From: Macrostomum lignano
Taxonomy: Eukaryota
Length of the DNA stretch: 64,000 nucleotides
Assembly (NCBI GenBank): GCA_002269645.1
Contig: NIVC01002427.1
Location: 110,893 to 174,892, forward strand
Direction: 5' to 3'
This document shows positions 25,459 through 36,710 of the stretch, one piece after another. Position numbers and translations under genes: made by a program. The first letter of the stretch is position 1. Every line of letters starts with the position of its first letter. The notes under the pieces were generated by a model that did no database searches, had not been told where the DNA came from, and saw only the letters and a program-made list of their open reading frames with translations.

Positions 25459-26040
25459 CCATCTTCCCCTTTGATTCCCCCATCTTCCCCTTTGATTCCC
25501 CATCTTCCCCTTTGATTTCCCATCTTCCTCTTTGATTCCCCATCTTCCCTTTGATTCCCTATCTTCCCCTTTGATTCCCCCATCTTCCCTTTGATTCCCC
25601 ATCTTCCCCTTTGATTCCCCATCTTCCCCTTTGATTCGCCATCTTCCCCTTTGATTCCCCATCTTCCCCTTTGATTCTCCATCTTCCTCTTTGATTCCCC
25701 ATCTTCCCTTTGATTCCCCATCTTCCCCTTTGATTCCCCCATCTTCCCCTTTGATTCCCCATCTTCCCCTTTGATTCCCCATCTTCCCCTTTGATTCCCC
25801 ATCTTCCCCTTTGATTCCCCATCTTCCCCTTTGATTCCCCATCTTCTCCTTTGATTCCCCATCTTCCTCTTTGATTTCCTATCTTCCCCTTTGATTCCCC
25901 ATCTTCCTCTTTGATTTCCTATCTTCCCCTTTGATTCCCTTATCTTCCCCTTTGATTCCCCATCTTCCCCTTTGATTCCCCATCTTCCTCTTTGATTCCC
26001 CATCTTCCCCTTTGATTCCCCATCTTCCCCTTTACACCCC
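25459..26040. repeat. 20-21-bp pyrimidine-rich minisatellite (ATCTTCCCCTTTGATTCCCC)n
   Basis: Direct reading. Confidence 0.96.
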
Positions 26041-26542
26041 ATCTCGCCCTTCTCATCTCTCACGCCTGTATTTGTTATTTTCTTGTCTCAGAGTATTTTT
26101 ATATTTAAAAATCGAAACCCAGTTTTTGCAGCAAAATTACATTAATATAGAGCTGTCCTATGTTATATGCCTGACTGTGCGCTTGTAAATAAATTAGTTT
26201 ATATATATCAGTTACGGCAATAAATTTATTTATTTCTAAACTATTAAAATTAGCAGCTAAAAAAACCATTGTTAAACCATCCCATTTGTGCAAATTTTAC
26301 TTTGCAATGTGAATCTACCTGTTAAATAATTAATAGAACTGTTAAATTTGTTTCAATGCTCTGTGAAGCCTGGAAAGAGCTGCTTATTTTTTTCAAAGTT
26401 GCCTAAATCGTGCATCCTCACGTTTGTCTGTTGTAGCCATTTTTTATTTAATCATTTCGAATTCTAACTCATCTTTATATATTTTTTTAATTCGTTTTAG
26501 TATTCTTTTTCCACTTTTAACGTATTGTATTTATGAGCATAA

Positions 26543-28105
26543 ATCTCTCACGCGTTTATCCCCAATCTTCTCGTGAGTTTATCATCAATATTTTTATGAG
26601 TTTATCCTCAATCTTCTCATAATTTTATCCTCAATCTTCTCATGAGTTTATCCTCAATCTTCTCATAATTTTATCCTCAATCTTCTCATGAGTTTATAAT
26701 CCATCTTCTCATGAGTTTATAATCAATCTTCTCATGAGTTTATCCTCAATCTTCTCATAATTTTATCCTCAATCTTCTCATGAGTTTATCGTCAATCTTC
26801 TCATGAGTTTATCCTCAATCTTCTCATGAGATTATCCTCAATCTTCTCATGAGTTTATCCTCAATCTTCTCATGAGTTTATCCTCAATCTTCTCATGAGT
26901 TAATCCTCAATCTTCTCATGAGTTTACACTCAATCTTCTCATGAGTTTATCGTCTATCTTCTCATGAGTTAATCCTCAATCTTCTCATGAGTTTATCGTC
27001 AATCTTCTCATGAGTTTATCCTCAATCTTCTCATGAGTTTATAATCCATCTTCTCATGAGTTTATAATCCATCTTCTCATGAGTTTATAATCAATCTTCT
27101 CATGAGTTTATCCTCAATCTTCTTATAAGTTTATCCATCGTCTCATGAGTTTATAATCCATCTTCTCATGAGTTTATAATCCATCTTCTCATGAGTTTAT
27201 AATCCATCTTCTCATGAGTTTATAATCAATCTTCTCATGAGTTTATCCTCAATCTTCTTATAAGTTTATCCATCGTCTCATGAGTTTATAATCCATCTTC
27301 TCATGAGTTTATAATCAATCTTCTTATGAGTTTACACTCAATCTTCTCATGAGTTTTAATCCATCTTCTCATGAGTTTATAATCCATCTTCTCATGAGTT
27401 TATAATCAATCTTCTCATGAGTTTATAATCCATCTTCTCATGAGTTTATAATCCATCTTCTCATGAGTTTATAATCAATCTTCTCATGAGTTTATAATCC
27501 ATCTTCTCATGAGTTTATAATCCATCTTCTCATGAGTTTTTAATCCATCTTCTCATGAGTTTATAATCCATCTTCTCATGAGTTTATAATCAATCTTCTC
27601 ATGAGTTTATCGTCAATCTTCTCATGAGTTTATCGTCAATCTTCTCATGAGTTTATAATCAATCTTCTCATGAGTTTATCGTCAATCTTCTCATGAGTTT
27701 ATCGTCAATCTTCTCATGAGTTTATCGTCAATCTTCTCATGAGTTTATAATCAATCTTCTCATGAGTTTATCGTCAATCTTCTTATAAGTTTATTCATCT
27801 TCTCATGAGTTTATAATCAATCTTCTCATGAGTTTATAATCAATCTTCTCATGAGTTTATAATCCATCTTCTCATGAGTTTACACTCAATCTTCTCATGA
27901 GTTTATCCTCAATCTTCTTATAAGTTTATTCATCTTCTCATGAGTTTATAATCTATCTTCTCATGAGTTTATAATCTATCTTCTCATGAGTTTATAATCA
28001 ATCTTCTCATGAGTTTACACTCAATCTTCTCATGAGTTTATCCTCAATCTTCTCATGAGTTTATCCTCAATCTTCTCATGAGTTTATCGTCAATCTTCTC
28101 ATGAG
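26543..28105. repeat. 23-bp minisatellite (ATCTTCTCATGAGTTTATCCTCA)n
   Basis: Direct reading. Confidence 0.97.
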
Positions 28106-28644
28106 TACGACTTTAATCTACTCAAAGTACACTCTTCGTATTGTTAAGAGACTACTAACTGGTAATGAATTTTACCAAGCCGTAATAGCTCTCAGAAATC
28201 GACAAACGTCTACTGATTGCAGCCCACATGAATTTACCAATTTATATGATTTTTAGATTAGGCTAGACAGGATACACAGATACTACTTGTATATAAGTAG
28301 ATGCACTCGTTTGCATAATTCTACTTTGCGTATCGTAAGTTTAATGGTCTAAAGTTGTTTGCAGCTAATTCTTATGTCATATCTGTAATTTTTTTGTTTT
28401 AATTTTTTTGTTGATAATAATTTATTCTGCGGTCAATTTGATTGTGTAAATAGTCGAATACGAGTCAATTAAATGTAATTATAAACATTTTTTGAAACCA
28501 TGCAGCTGTACAGTCAGTATAGCAGCATATCCTCTTTGGAGTTTTTACTTCATAATCTTCAAAAAATCGGAATTAGTTTTGGTTCATTCAATTTTTGTTA
28601 TGACGTTTATACTCGTTTCGCCCCTAATACTTCTACGAGCGTAA

Positions 28645-30440
28645 TCCTCTCCCAGAATCATTCCTAATACTCTCCCAGAATCATCCCTAATCCTCTCTTA
28701 GAATTATCCCTAATCCTGTCCTAGAATCATCCCTAATCCTCTCTTAGAATTATCCCTAATCCTGTCCTAGAATCATCCCTAATCCTCTCTTAGAATCATT
28801 CCTAATCCTCTCTTAGAATTATCCCTAATCCTGTCCTAGAATCATCCCTAATCCTCTCTTAGAATTATCCCTAATCCTGTCCTAGAATCATCCCTAATCC
28901 TCTCTTAGAATCATTCCTAATCCTCTCTTAGAATCATTCCTAATCCTCTCTTAGAATCATTCCTAATCCTCTCTTAGAATCATTCCTAATCCTCTCTTAG
29001 AATCATTCCTAATCCTCTCTTAGAATCATTCCTAATCCTCTCTTAGAATCATTCCTAATCCTCTCATAGAATCATTCCTAATCCTCTCTTAGAACCATTC
29101 CTAATCCTCTCATAGAATCATTCCTAACCCTCTCTTAGAACCATTCCTAATCCTCTCATAGAACCATTCCTAATCCTCTCTTAGAATCATTCCTAATCCT
29201 CTCTTAAAATCATTCCTAATCCTCTCTTAGAATCATTCCTAATCCTCTCATAGAACCATTCCTAATCCTCTCTTAGAACCATTCCTAATCCTCTCTTAGA
29301 ACCATTCCTAATCCTCTCTTAGAATCATCCCTAATCCTCTCTTAGAATCATTCCTAATCCTCTCTTAAAATCATTCCTAATCCTCTCATAGAACCATTCC
29401 TAATCCTCTCTTAGAACCATTCCTAATCCTCTCTTAGAACCATTCCTAATCCTCTCTTAGAATCATCCCTAATCCTCTCTTAGAATCATTCCTAATCCTC
29501 TCTTAGAATCATTCCTAATCCTCTCTTAAAATCATTCCTAATCCTCTCTTAGAATCATTCCTAATCCTCTCTTAGAATCATTCCTAATCCTCTCTTAGAA
29601 CCATTCCTAATCCTCTCTTAGAATCATTCCTAATCCTCTCTTAGAATCATTCCTAATCCTCTCTTAGAATCATTCCTAATCCTCTCTTAGAATCATTCCT
29701 AATCCTCTCTTAGAACCATTCCTAATCCTCTCTTAGAATCATTCCTAATCCTCTCTTAGAATCATTCCTAATCCTCTCTTAGAATCATTCCTAATCCTCT
29801 CTTAAAATCATTCCTAATCCTCTCTTAGAATCATCCCTAATCCTCTCTTAGAATCATTCCTAATCCTCTCTTAAAATCATTCCTAATCTTCTCTTAGAAT
29901 CATTCCTAATCCTCTCTTAGAATCATTCCTAATCCTCTCTTAGAATCATTCCTAATCCTCTCTTAGAATCATCCCTAATCCTCTCTTAGAATCATTCCTA
30001 ATCCTCTCTTAGAATCATTCCTAATCCTCTCTTAGAATCATTCCTAATCCTCTCTTAGAATCATCCCTAATCCTCTCTTAGAATCATTCCTAATCCTCTC
30101 TTAAAATCATTCCTAATCCTCTCTTAGAATCATCCCTAATCCTCTCTTAGAATCATTCCTAATCCTCTCTTAGAATCATCCCTAATCCTCTCCCAGAATC
30201 ATCCCTAATCCTCTCTTAGAACCATTCCTAATCCTCTCCCAGAATCATCCCTAATCCTCTCTTAGAATCATCCCTAATCCTCTCTTAGAATCATCCCTAA
30301 TCCTCTTTTAGAATCATCCCTAATCCTGTCCTAGAATCGCCCGTAATCCTCTCGTAGAATCATCCCTAATCCTCTCCTAGACTTGGTTCTAATCCTGTCC
30401 TAGGATCGTCCCTGATCCTCTCTGACAATCACCCCTAATC
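28645..30440. repeat. 23-bp minisatellite (CTAATCCTCTCTTAGAATCATTC)n
   Basis: Direct reading. Related to the 22750-23160 array. Confidence 0.97.
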
Positions 30441-30799
30441 AATAGCTCCGTATTGGCTTTTTTGCCTTTTCAGTCACCTGACTCGGTGTAAATTATATTG
30501 TAGCTGCAGTTTAACTTATAATGCACTGCTAGTTTTGATATATGCTATTTTGTACTGTGTTTTCTGTCGCTTTGCAGCTGCAGAAACTTATGAAAGCAGG
30601 TAGATTGCTTTTAACTATATGCGAATGCTTTTTAGACAAGTTTTTGCTCATTATAATTATAGGCTTTGTCTATTTTTTCCTGTTAATTCTTAGCCCAATT
30701 TTTTCATGGGTTGCTTTTAGACGGGGCAGAAATAGCTTCTCCGATTAAGTAGGAAATTTGATTGACGCTTTCTGAGCCTGAAGCAGACAATGGAAATAG

Positions 30800-31058
30800 C
30801 ACGCTGCCCTCATGCGTGTTAGTGGGTAGTAAACATCAGTTGCTATGTCTTCGGCGACATTGTCCCTGAACCAGCGCTGAGGCATGTGCACTCTGTGTGC
30901 CTTGAGGGTTGACCAACATCGCTGTGAATATCACGACAACCCCCGGTCAAGTCTTGGTGCACACAAGCCCCAAATTAATTATGTGGGCCGCGCACTAAGT
31001 TGAACCAAGGGTCGTGACGCGAGAGTCGGACGCTTTTACCACTGAGCTGCTCTGCCCC
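30800..31058 (-). mobile_element. tRNA-derived SINE
   Basis: The reverse complement begins GGGGCAGAGCAGCTCAGTGGTAAAAGCGTCCG...GGTTCAAC (A and B boxes). Its head matches 4870-4950 and its body matches 46152-46187. The 3' boundary is approximate. Confidence 0.65.
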
Positions 31059-32269
31059 GCATCATTCCTATTTGTTGAGTTCTCATGCATTTAAGCTCCA
31101 CTAGTGTATATCATAACGTTTCAATATACGGCGGTGGTTTCTTAGCATAAGCAGTGGCTACAATCATTATATGCGTTTTCCTCTGGTGCCTTATTGTTTG
31201 TGTTCTCACTTTCTATGATATGGGTCTAGCGGTCTAAGGTTCTTACAGCTCTTGAATTCTTCTATCAGGCCGTCAGAGGAAACCGAATAAACTGACGGGA
31301 TCTCCTAGTATCTAGGCTGAACTTGATCACACGAATATTTCGCTCTGCGTAACGTTTAAGACAAATGATTTGGTTTAAGACTTAGATTTGAGCCAACTGG
31401 ATAATCCAGAGACCAATACAAATAGAGCGAGTTGAGATCTGAAATCGCGCAGGAGGGAGCTCGAGGCCGCCGCTCCAGTTTGAAAAGGGCGTCTATTTTA
31501 ATACAGGTTGGCGTTTTTGACCTCCCCCCGCCGCCGGTGGGGTGTTTTCGCGTGGTTAACAACGGCGGGGGGTTTTAAGCAATAAAAATCTGGGACTCAG
31601 CCCCCTTAGTTGTACACGAATTTAGTTAGTTCTAGTAGGTTGCTAAGTGTGAGGGTTAGTTACATACATGCGCAACCTTGGGATTCACTCGGCCGTTTCT
31701 TAACTCTGTCCATGGATGATTATACAGTCCTCTCTCTCTCTCTCTCTTGGTTGTCAAGCTTCTTGGGGTTGATCTCGCCTTCTTGGGCAGCTTCGGGTTG
31801 GATAGAAGTCCGTGGGCGGGCCGTGCGATTCTCCTCTAAAAGTTCGCCAGGTTCTGACGCGTGCCACGGGCCGATTGCTCTCTTTGACGTTATTGCTGTT
31901 TAAGTCGGGCCTCTCCTCGGTTTGCTTCTCCCGGCCGGTTTAAGCGCCATTGTGCCTGCGGCGGGGTGTTGCTACTCACTGGAATGGAGCGAAGCTGTAT
32001 TAGATTCGGTCATTCATATCTAATTTGACAGTTGATTAATTATCTTAATGCTGCTTCTGCTTGCCCTTCTAATAGCTATCTAGGGGTTCCATTGTGCTTT
32101 TCTGCCTCGCCCTTTACTGCGCCTGGGCATTTCATAATTCTCTACTTATTTTCTGGCTTAATGTAATATTTCAGATTTCTAACTCTTATAATCATATAGC
32201 GAAAAAAATAAACGCGTCAAGGTGTCCAGCCATCGGCTAAATAAACCGATCGAGTTTCGAATGCATATT

Positions 32270-32460
32270 CAGCATGCGGCAGGCGCCGCTGGCCCGGTTG
32301 AGCAGGTTAAGCATGAATTTCTTGTCATGTTTCCCGGGTCTGTCTCGCAACCCTTTAAAGCTGACCGCTAAAAAGTCTTTAAAAAGTCTTCGGCAAGCCA
32401 GACATCTAGTCGCTGCCATTCACAGCAAGCCGTTGGCAAATCCACAGCCGCTGCAAGACT
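32270..32460 (-). pseudogene. Decayed, internally deleted CTL-PAN gene relic
   Basis: Short abutting pieces encode LNRASGACRML and GLRDRPGKHDKKF, plus degenerate DFVAVS, GSDW.SGLP and SGW.FANG segments. Confidence 0.75.
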
Positions 32461-33929
32461 TATTCGCCTCAACTATGATCATTCCAATATTCTGTATCCA
32501 AATGTCCGGACACAGTAGTGATTGTGTAGTTTCCAAGGTAGACGCGAGTTATCGAACCTAGGACAACGAATTGCCTGTATCTCGGTTAGTGCTGGGCCTG
32601 ATATATTTCGGTTGCCACTGCTGACAAAGTCTCAGTCAATTCGCACTTCTATTCACTAAAAAGGTTTCTTCTCAAAGCCTGCGAAAGGCTTTTAGGCCTG
32701 GTAGCAGATCTGTGAAGGCGAGTTCGACTTTGATGGCTATGCAAGAAGCGAGTTCTGTTGTTGAACAAAGGAAAACAGCAAGCAAGACAAACATCACGGG
32801 ATTCGCTAATTTTCTCCTGTGTCAATACATCTAGAGTAAATAGCTACTGTTGTCATGACTGCATGTGTGGTAGGTTTTTTACATTTGGTTAAATAAATAA
32901 GATTTTAGTCACAGAATACTATAGAGTTAGAATAGTATTCTGTGATTTCAGTATTGGACGATGTGTCCAGCTTTTTATATTAGTTGTTCTTCTAGTCGAT
33001 ATTCAAATTCCTGGCGCACTATCTATTAATTGCATGATAATGGACTTACATGGTCTGAGCACCTAAAAACCCAAATTAGCTCGTAGAAAAGCAGCTTCTT
33101 GCTCGGCTGTCTTGCTGTCTAGATCATCTAGAGAATGATCTTATTCCCTTAACGCAGTGACTACCTTAGACCACTCCTTGAGTACTGTTCCAGTGTATGG
33201 GGATCTGCCAGTGAGTCCCATTCTACTTTATTGGATGGTGTTGAGCAGACGGCTGCCAGGATCATTAGTGACTCAAGGTTCCATATAGCCTTAGGACTCG
33301 CAGAACTGTTGAGTGGACTTGCTGTTGTCCATATAGACTTTTGCGGGGTCAATTAGGCTCCAGCGAACTTCAGCAGCGACCCTCCCTCCTTTCGCTCCAC
33401 AGTCACGCTATATGGTCCCCCTCTAACAGCAATCAGCACAGCTTCTCCTTGAAGCTTCCTTTCTCTAGAACAGAGCAACAAAAGCGGTGCTTCATTCCCA
33501 CTTACTCGACTTCTTGACTTCAGACAGAATTCAGCCATTCTCATTCGCTGATTTGCTGCAGATTTTGGTGCCATTTTTGGCTAATTGAGGCACGGAAAAC
33601 ACTTCTGTTGTGTTCACACAATACGGTCCTACTTGCCTAAAGCGGCTAAAAATTATATCGTCTCAAATAATATCAAAGAAAAAAGATCAAATCGGAGTTG
33701 CAGTGCGTTGAATTTTCTGTATTTAACTTAAAAAGCGTCGGAGCCTTGAAAAACAATAGCCAAGATCACAACCCCTAGCGAAACTAAAAGAACGCGACAT
33801 TTTTTCCGACTAAGAGGCTTACTCTGAACTGAATAAAGACGGCTAGAAAAATATTGTAGTTTTTGCCTTTACTAAACGAACAGTGTGCGGAAGGAAAACA
33901 GAAGTATTTTGTGTTCCAGGATTTTTTCT

Positions 33930-34634
33930 TCAGTACTTCTTGACGAACTTGGCCCAGCTCGGGTCGGTCTCGATGGCGGCGCCGACGCTCGAGTCAGCGA
34001 AGTCCAGCATGTGGCAGGCGCCGCTGGCCCGGTTAAACAGGACGGCCCGGCACTCCCAGCGCTGCACGCAGAGCCACAGGCAGTGAAACTCCGAGCTCAC
34101 CGAGGCGTCAGTGTAGCAGTAGACAGGACTGATGTTGCCCAGCCTCAGGAACTCCGCTCGCTCCAGGTACTTGCTGTTCGGCGTCGCGATCGGCTGGCAA
34201 ATGAATTTCTTATTTTTGTTCACCGGTTTGTCTTTTAATCCGCCATTGCTGACGACTACAACGTCATCATCTGGACTTTTACAGTTTGGCAAACCAGACA
34301 TCCAGTCGCCGTCATCCAAAGTCGGAAACAGCGAGCCGTTGGCGAATCTCCAACCGCTGCGAGACGTGCCCGCCTCAACCAGGAGGTCCGTCACTCCGAT
34401 GAAATAAGTATCATTCCAGTGATTGACAGCTCGGATGGCAGTCAGGTCCATCAGCAGCTCTCCGCCGATGCCCAGGCACAATCTGGCTGCGTCGCACCAG
34501 CTGGAAACGCTGGGGTTGTCGCCGATGTAGAGGCAGCTGCCCAGCCTGTCGATGAAGGGGGCGACGCAGTGACCGGAGGCGGTGGCAATCAGCACTGCGA
34601 CCAGAGCCGGCTGAATCATTGCTGCAGCTGCCAT
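33930..34634 (-). CDS. Secreted C-type lectin + PAN/Apple protein, copy 2 (234 aa, intronless)
   Basis: Complete ORF with signal peptide, paralogous to copy 1, with the most divergent lectin loop (LPNCKSPDDDVVVVSNGGLKDKPVNKN). Confidence 0.87.
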   Translation of the reverse strand: MAAAAMIQPALVAVLIATASGHCVAPFIDRLGSCLYIGDNPSVSSWCDAARLCLGIGGELLMDLTAIRAVNHWNDTYFIGVTDLLVEAGTSRSGWRFANGSLFPTLDDGDWMSGLPNCKSPDDDVVVVSNGGLKDKPVNKNKKFICQPIATPNSKYLERAEFLRLGNISPVYCYTDASVSSEFHCLWLCVQRWECRAVLFNRASGACHMLDFADSSVGAAIETDPSWAKFVKKY

Positions 34635-36243
34635 TGACTCAGCCTAGCTTGACTCTGCGGCTTTATGCAGCTCTGCGTGTAAGAGAAACCTAATATAGTC
34701 GTCTAGATATCAATGCATTTTCATCCAATCAGCCATTAAGGCTATTTCAGATGCAAGCAGCTGTCTTCATTGGCCATGAACCTATTTGGTTATTAAAAAC
34801 TGGTGAATTGTGCGGGAAAACTCAGTAAAAAAGCATCAATGCCTAACCATTACCCTATAGTTTTAACTGACCAGATATTAGACTAGAATTATCTGCTGTA
34901 GCTGTTTAACTCCCGTGTTTTCTGTATCCATGGAGACAGTAGCTAACTTCCGTATGGCAGTTTGTGAATGCATTTGGGCAAATCCGGCCAGTCCCTGGGT
35001 GTCCGTTGGGAACACTGTCATGAGCTGTCAATCATTTCCATGGGGCGCTCAGCATGCTTGCGTCAGAAGCGCATGGGCTTGTTCCAGATCGCCGAATAAT
35101 CTTGGCTGGAGACCGCCATTTGACTGACCCCATTTTTACTTCTGAGTATTTGGAGTAGGCTTAGGCTTAGGCTGTAGGTTAGATTTTGTTTAGGTTAGGG
35201 TCGGCGATAATGAAACAGTAACAGTAATAGAAATGATAATCAATATTGACCAAAAACGAATATAAAGGCTGAAAACATTACTTTGAGCATAGTTACTTTC
35301 CAGGAATACTACTTAAATCAGTAAAGTAATATGACTTTTGAGCTCGGTCCGATGAACGAAAAATCAAAGATACAATGTCATGCTTTCGTCGGGTCCCTAT
35401 ATACCAGGTCCCTATATAAAAGGCACATTCACCAACCCGAAAAAAACTTAGTGTACAATGGATGACGCTCGCAAAATGAATTGCACCTCGATCGAAGAGA
35501 AGATTAGTCAACCGATTGCGGAACAGATACCCGCCAAGAATGAGAAGATCATGCACCTGAGAGGTACCAGCAAAAATCGGACATTTTTTATGGTTTCACG
35601 GAAATAATTTTTACAACCTTTTAATAACTAACGCTTTATCGGTATTCCACCCTGCGGAGCGGTGTAAATAACGGCATAATTTTACCTAAGGTACTAATGT
35701 ACGGGTATGTATGAACTGGCCTGGGTTGGTCCCGCTCAGCCCCTACTTTTGAGGAAGTTGTAACAATTACATATCTCCTGTCCCCCCCCCTGGGTCTGCA
35801 CACATCCAAGTTTTTGCATCGGCAATCGAGGTACATACTCTGTGCTTTGGCTGTTGGTCCGATCAGTTTCGATGGTGTAGCAGGACAAGCCCTATACTAC
35901 GAGTACATGTAGGTCAATTTTCATGCACAGACACAAATTGATGCAGCCGTGCATGCGCACAATCGAACATCAAGACAATGAATGACACACGAATGTCATA
36001 CGCGCTAGTTACTCCCACTTGTAGTTTTAGCTCCATGATGATCGCACAGGGATTAAAAGCTGAGTAACAGTTATTTAAGTTTAGGTTATTTTCGTATTTT
36101 TGTCCAGTCTATTTTCCACCCTATTGCCAGATAAAAAGCCGTCAAAGCATATACTCGTAGGATAACCTATCACTGTTTTTCGTCATCGGGTCTTCAAAGG
36201 CCTCGATGCTTATTGAAGCTACAAGCTAGTCAGCAGCACGCCC

Positions 36244-36396
36244 CTTGACGAACTTGGCCCATGCAGCTCGGGTCGGTCTCGATGGCGTCGCCGACGCTCG
36301 AGTCAGCGAAGTCCAGCATGCGGCAGGCGCCGCTGGCCCGGTTGAACAGGACGGCCCGGCACTCCCAGCGCTGCACGCAGAGCCACAGGCAGTGAA
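36244..36396 (-). pseudogene. PAN-domain-only fragment of the CTL-PAN family
   Basis: Near-identical to the 3' 150 nt of the intact copies, truncated at both ends, with a 4-bp insertion (GGCCCATGCAGCTC versus GGCCCAGCTC). Confidence 0.85.
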
Positions 36397-36710
36397 CGTG
36401 GCACAGTGACGCAGGTTCTCGGCCTCCGCTGCACCATCGAAGAGGCACGCATCCACCAGTTAAGCCTTGTTGTACGGGAAAGTAGCCATAGTAACCGACA
36501 GTAGAATGACTTCGAAACAAAATTTTAATATTGTAACTTTTATTTTGAATAAATTATGATAACCGAGCTAATTATGATATGGCCGAGAGACATGAGCTTT
36601 ATTGAAGATCATGTACCTTTTTAAAAACTGTATTCGAACCAAAAGTTGCTCTGGGGATGCCTTGGCATTCTGAAAAAAAATGTTGCTGTTACTGAAAACG
36701 CAAGCAGGTA

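Noticed and set aside
16147-30440. Possible CRISPR arrays
   Set aside because: Units are head-to-tail with no unique spacers, the context is eukaryotic, and no cas genes are present.
30995-31058. Possible tRNA gene
   Set aside because: A and B boxes are present, but there is no complete cloverleaf and the sequence continues into a body found elsewhere; it is a SINE.
33161-33574. Two adjacent minus-strand ORFs upstream of nothing recognisable
   Set aside because: No recognisable domain or splice-consistent model.
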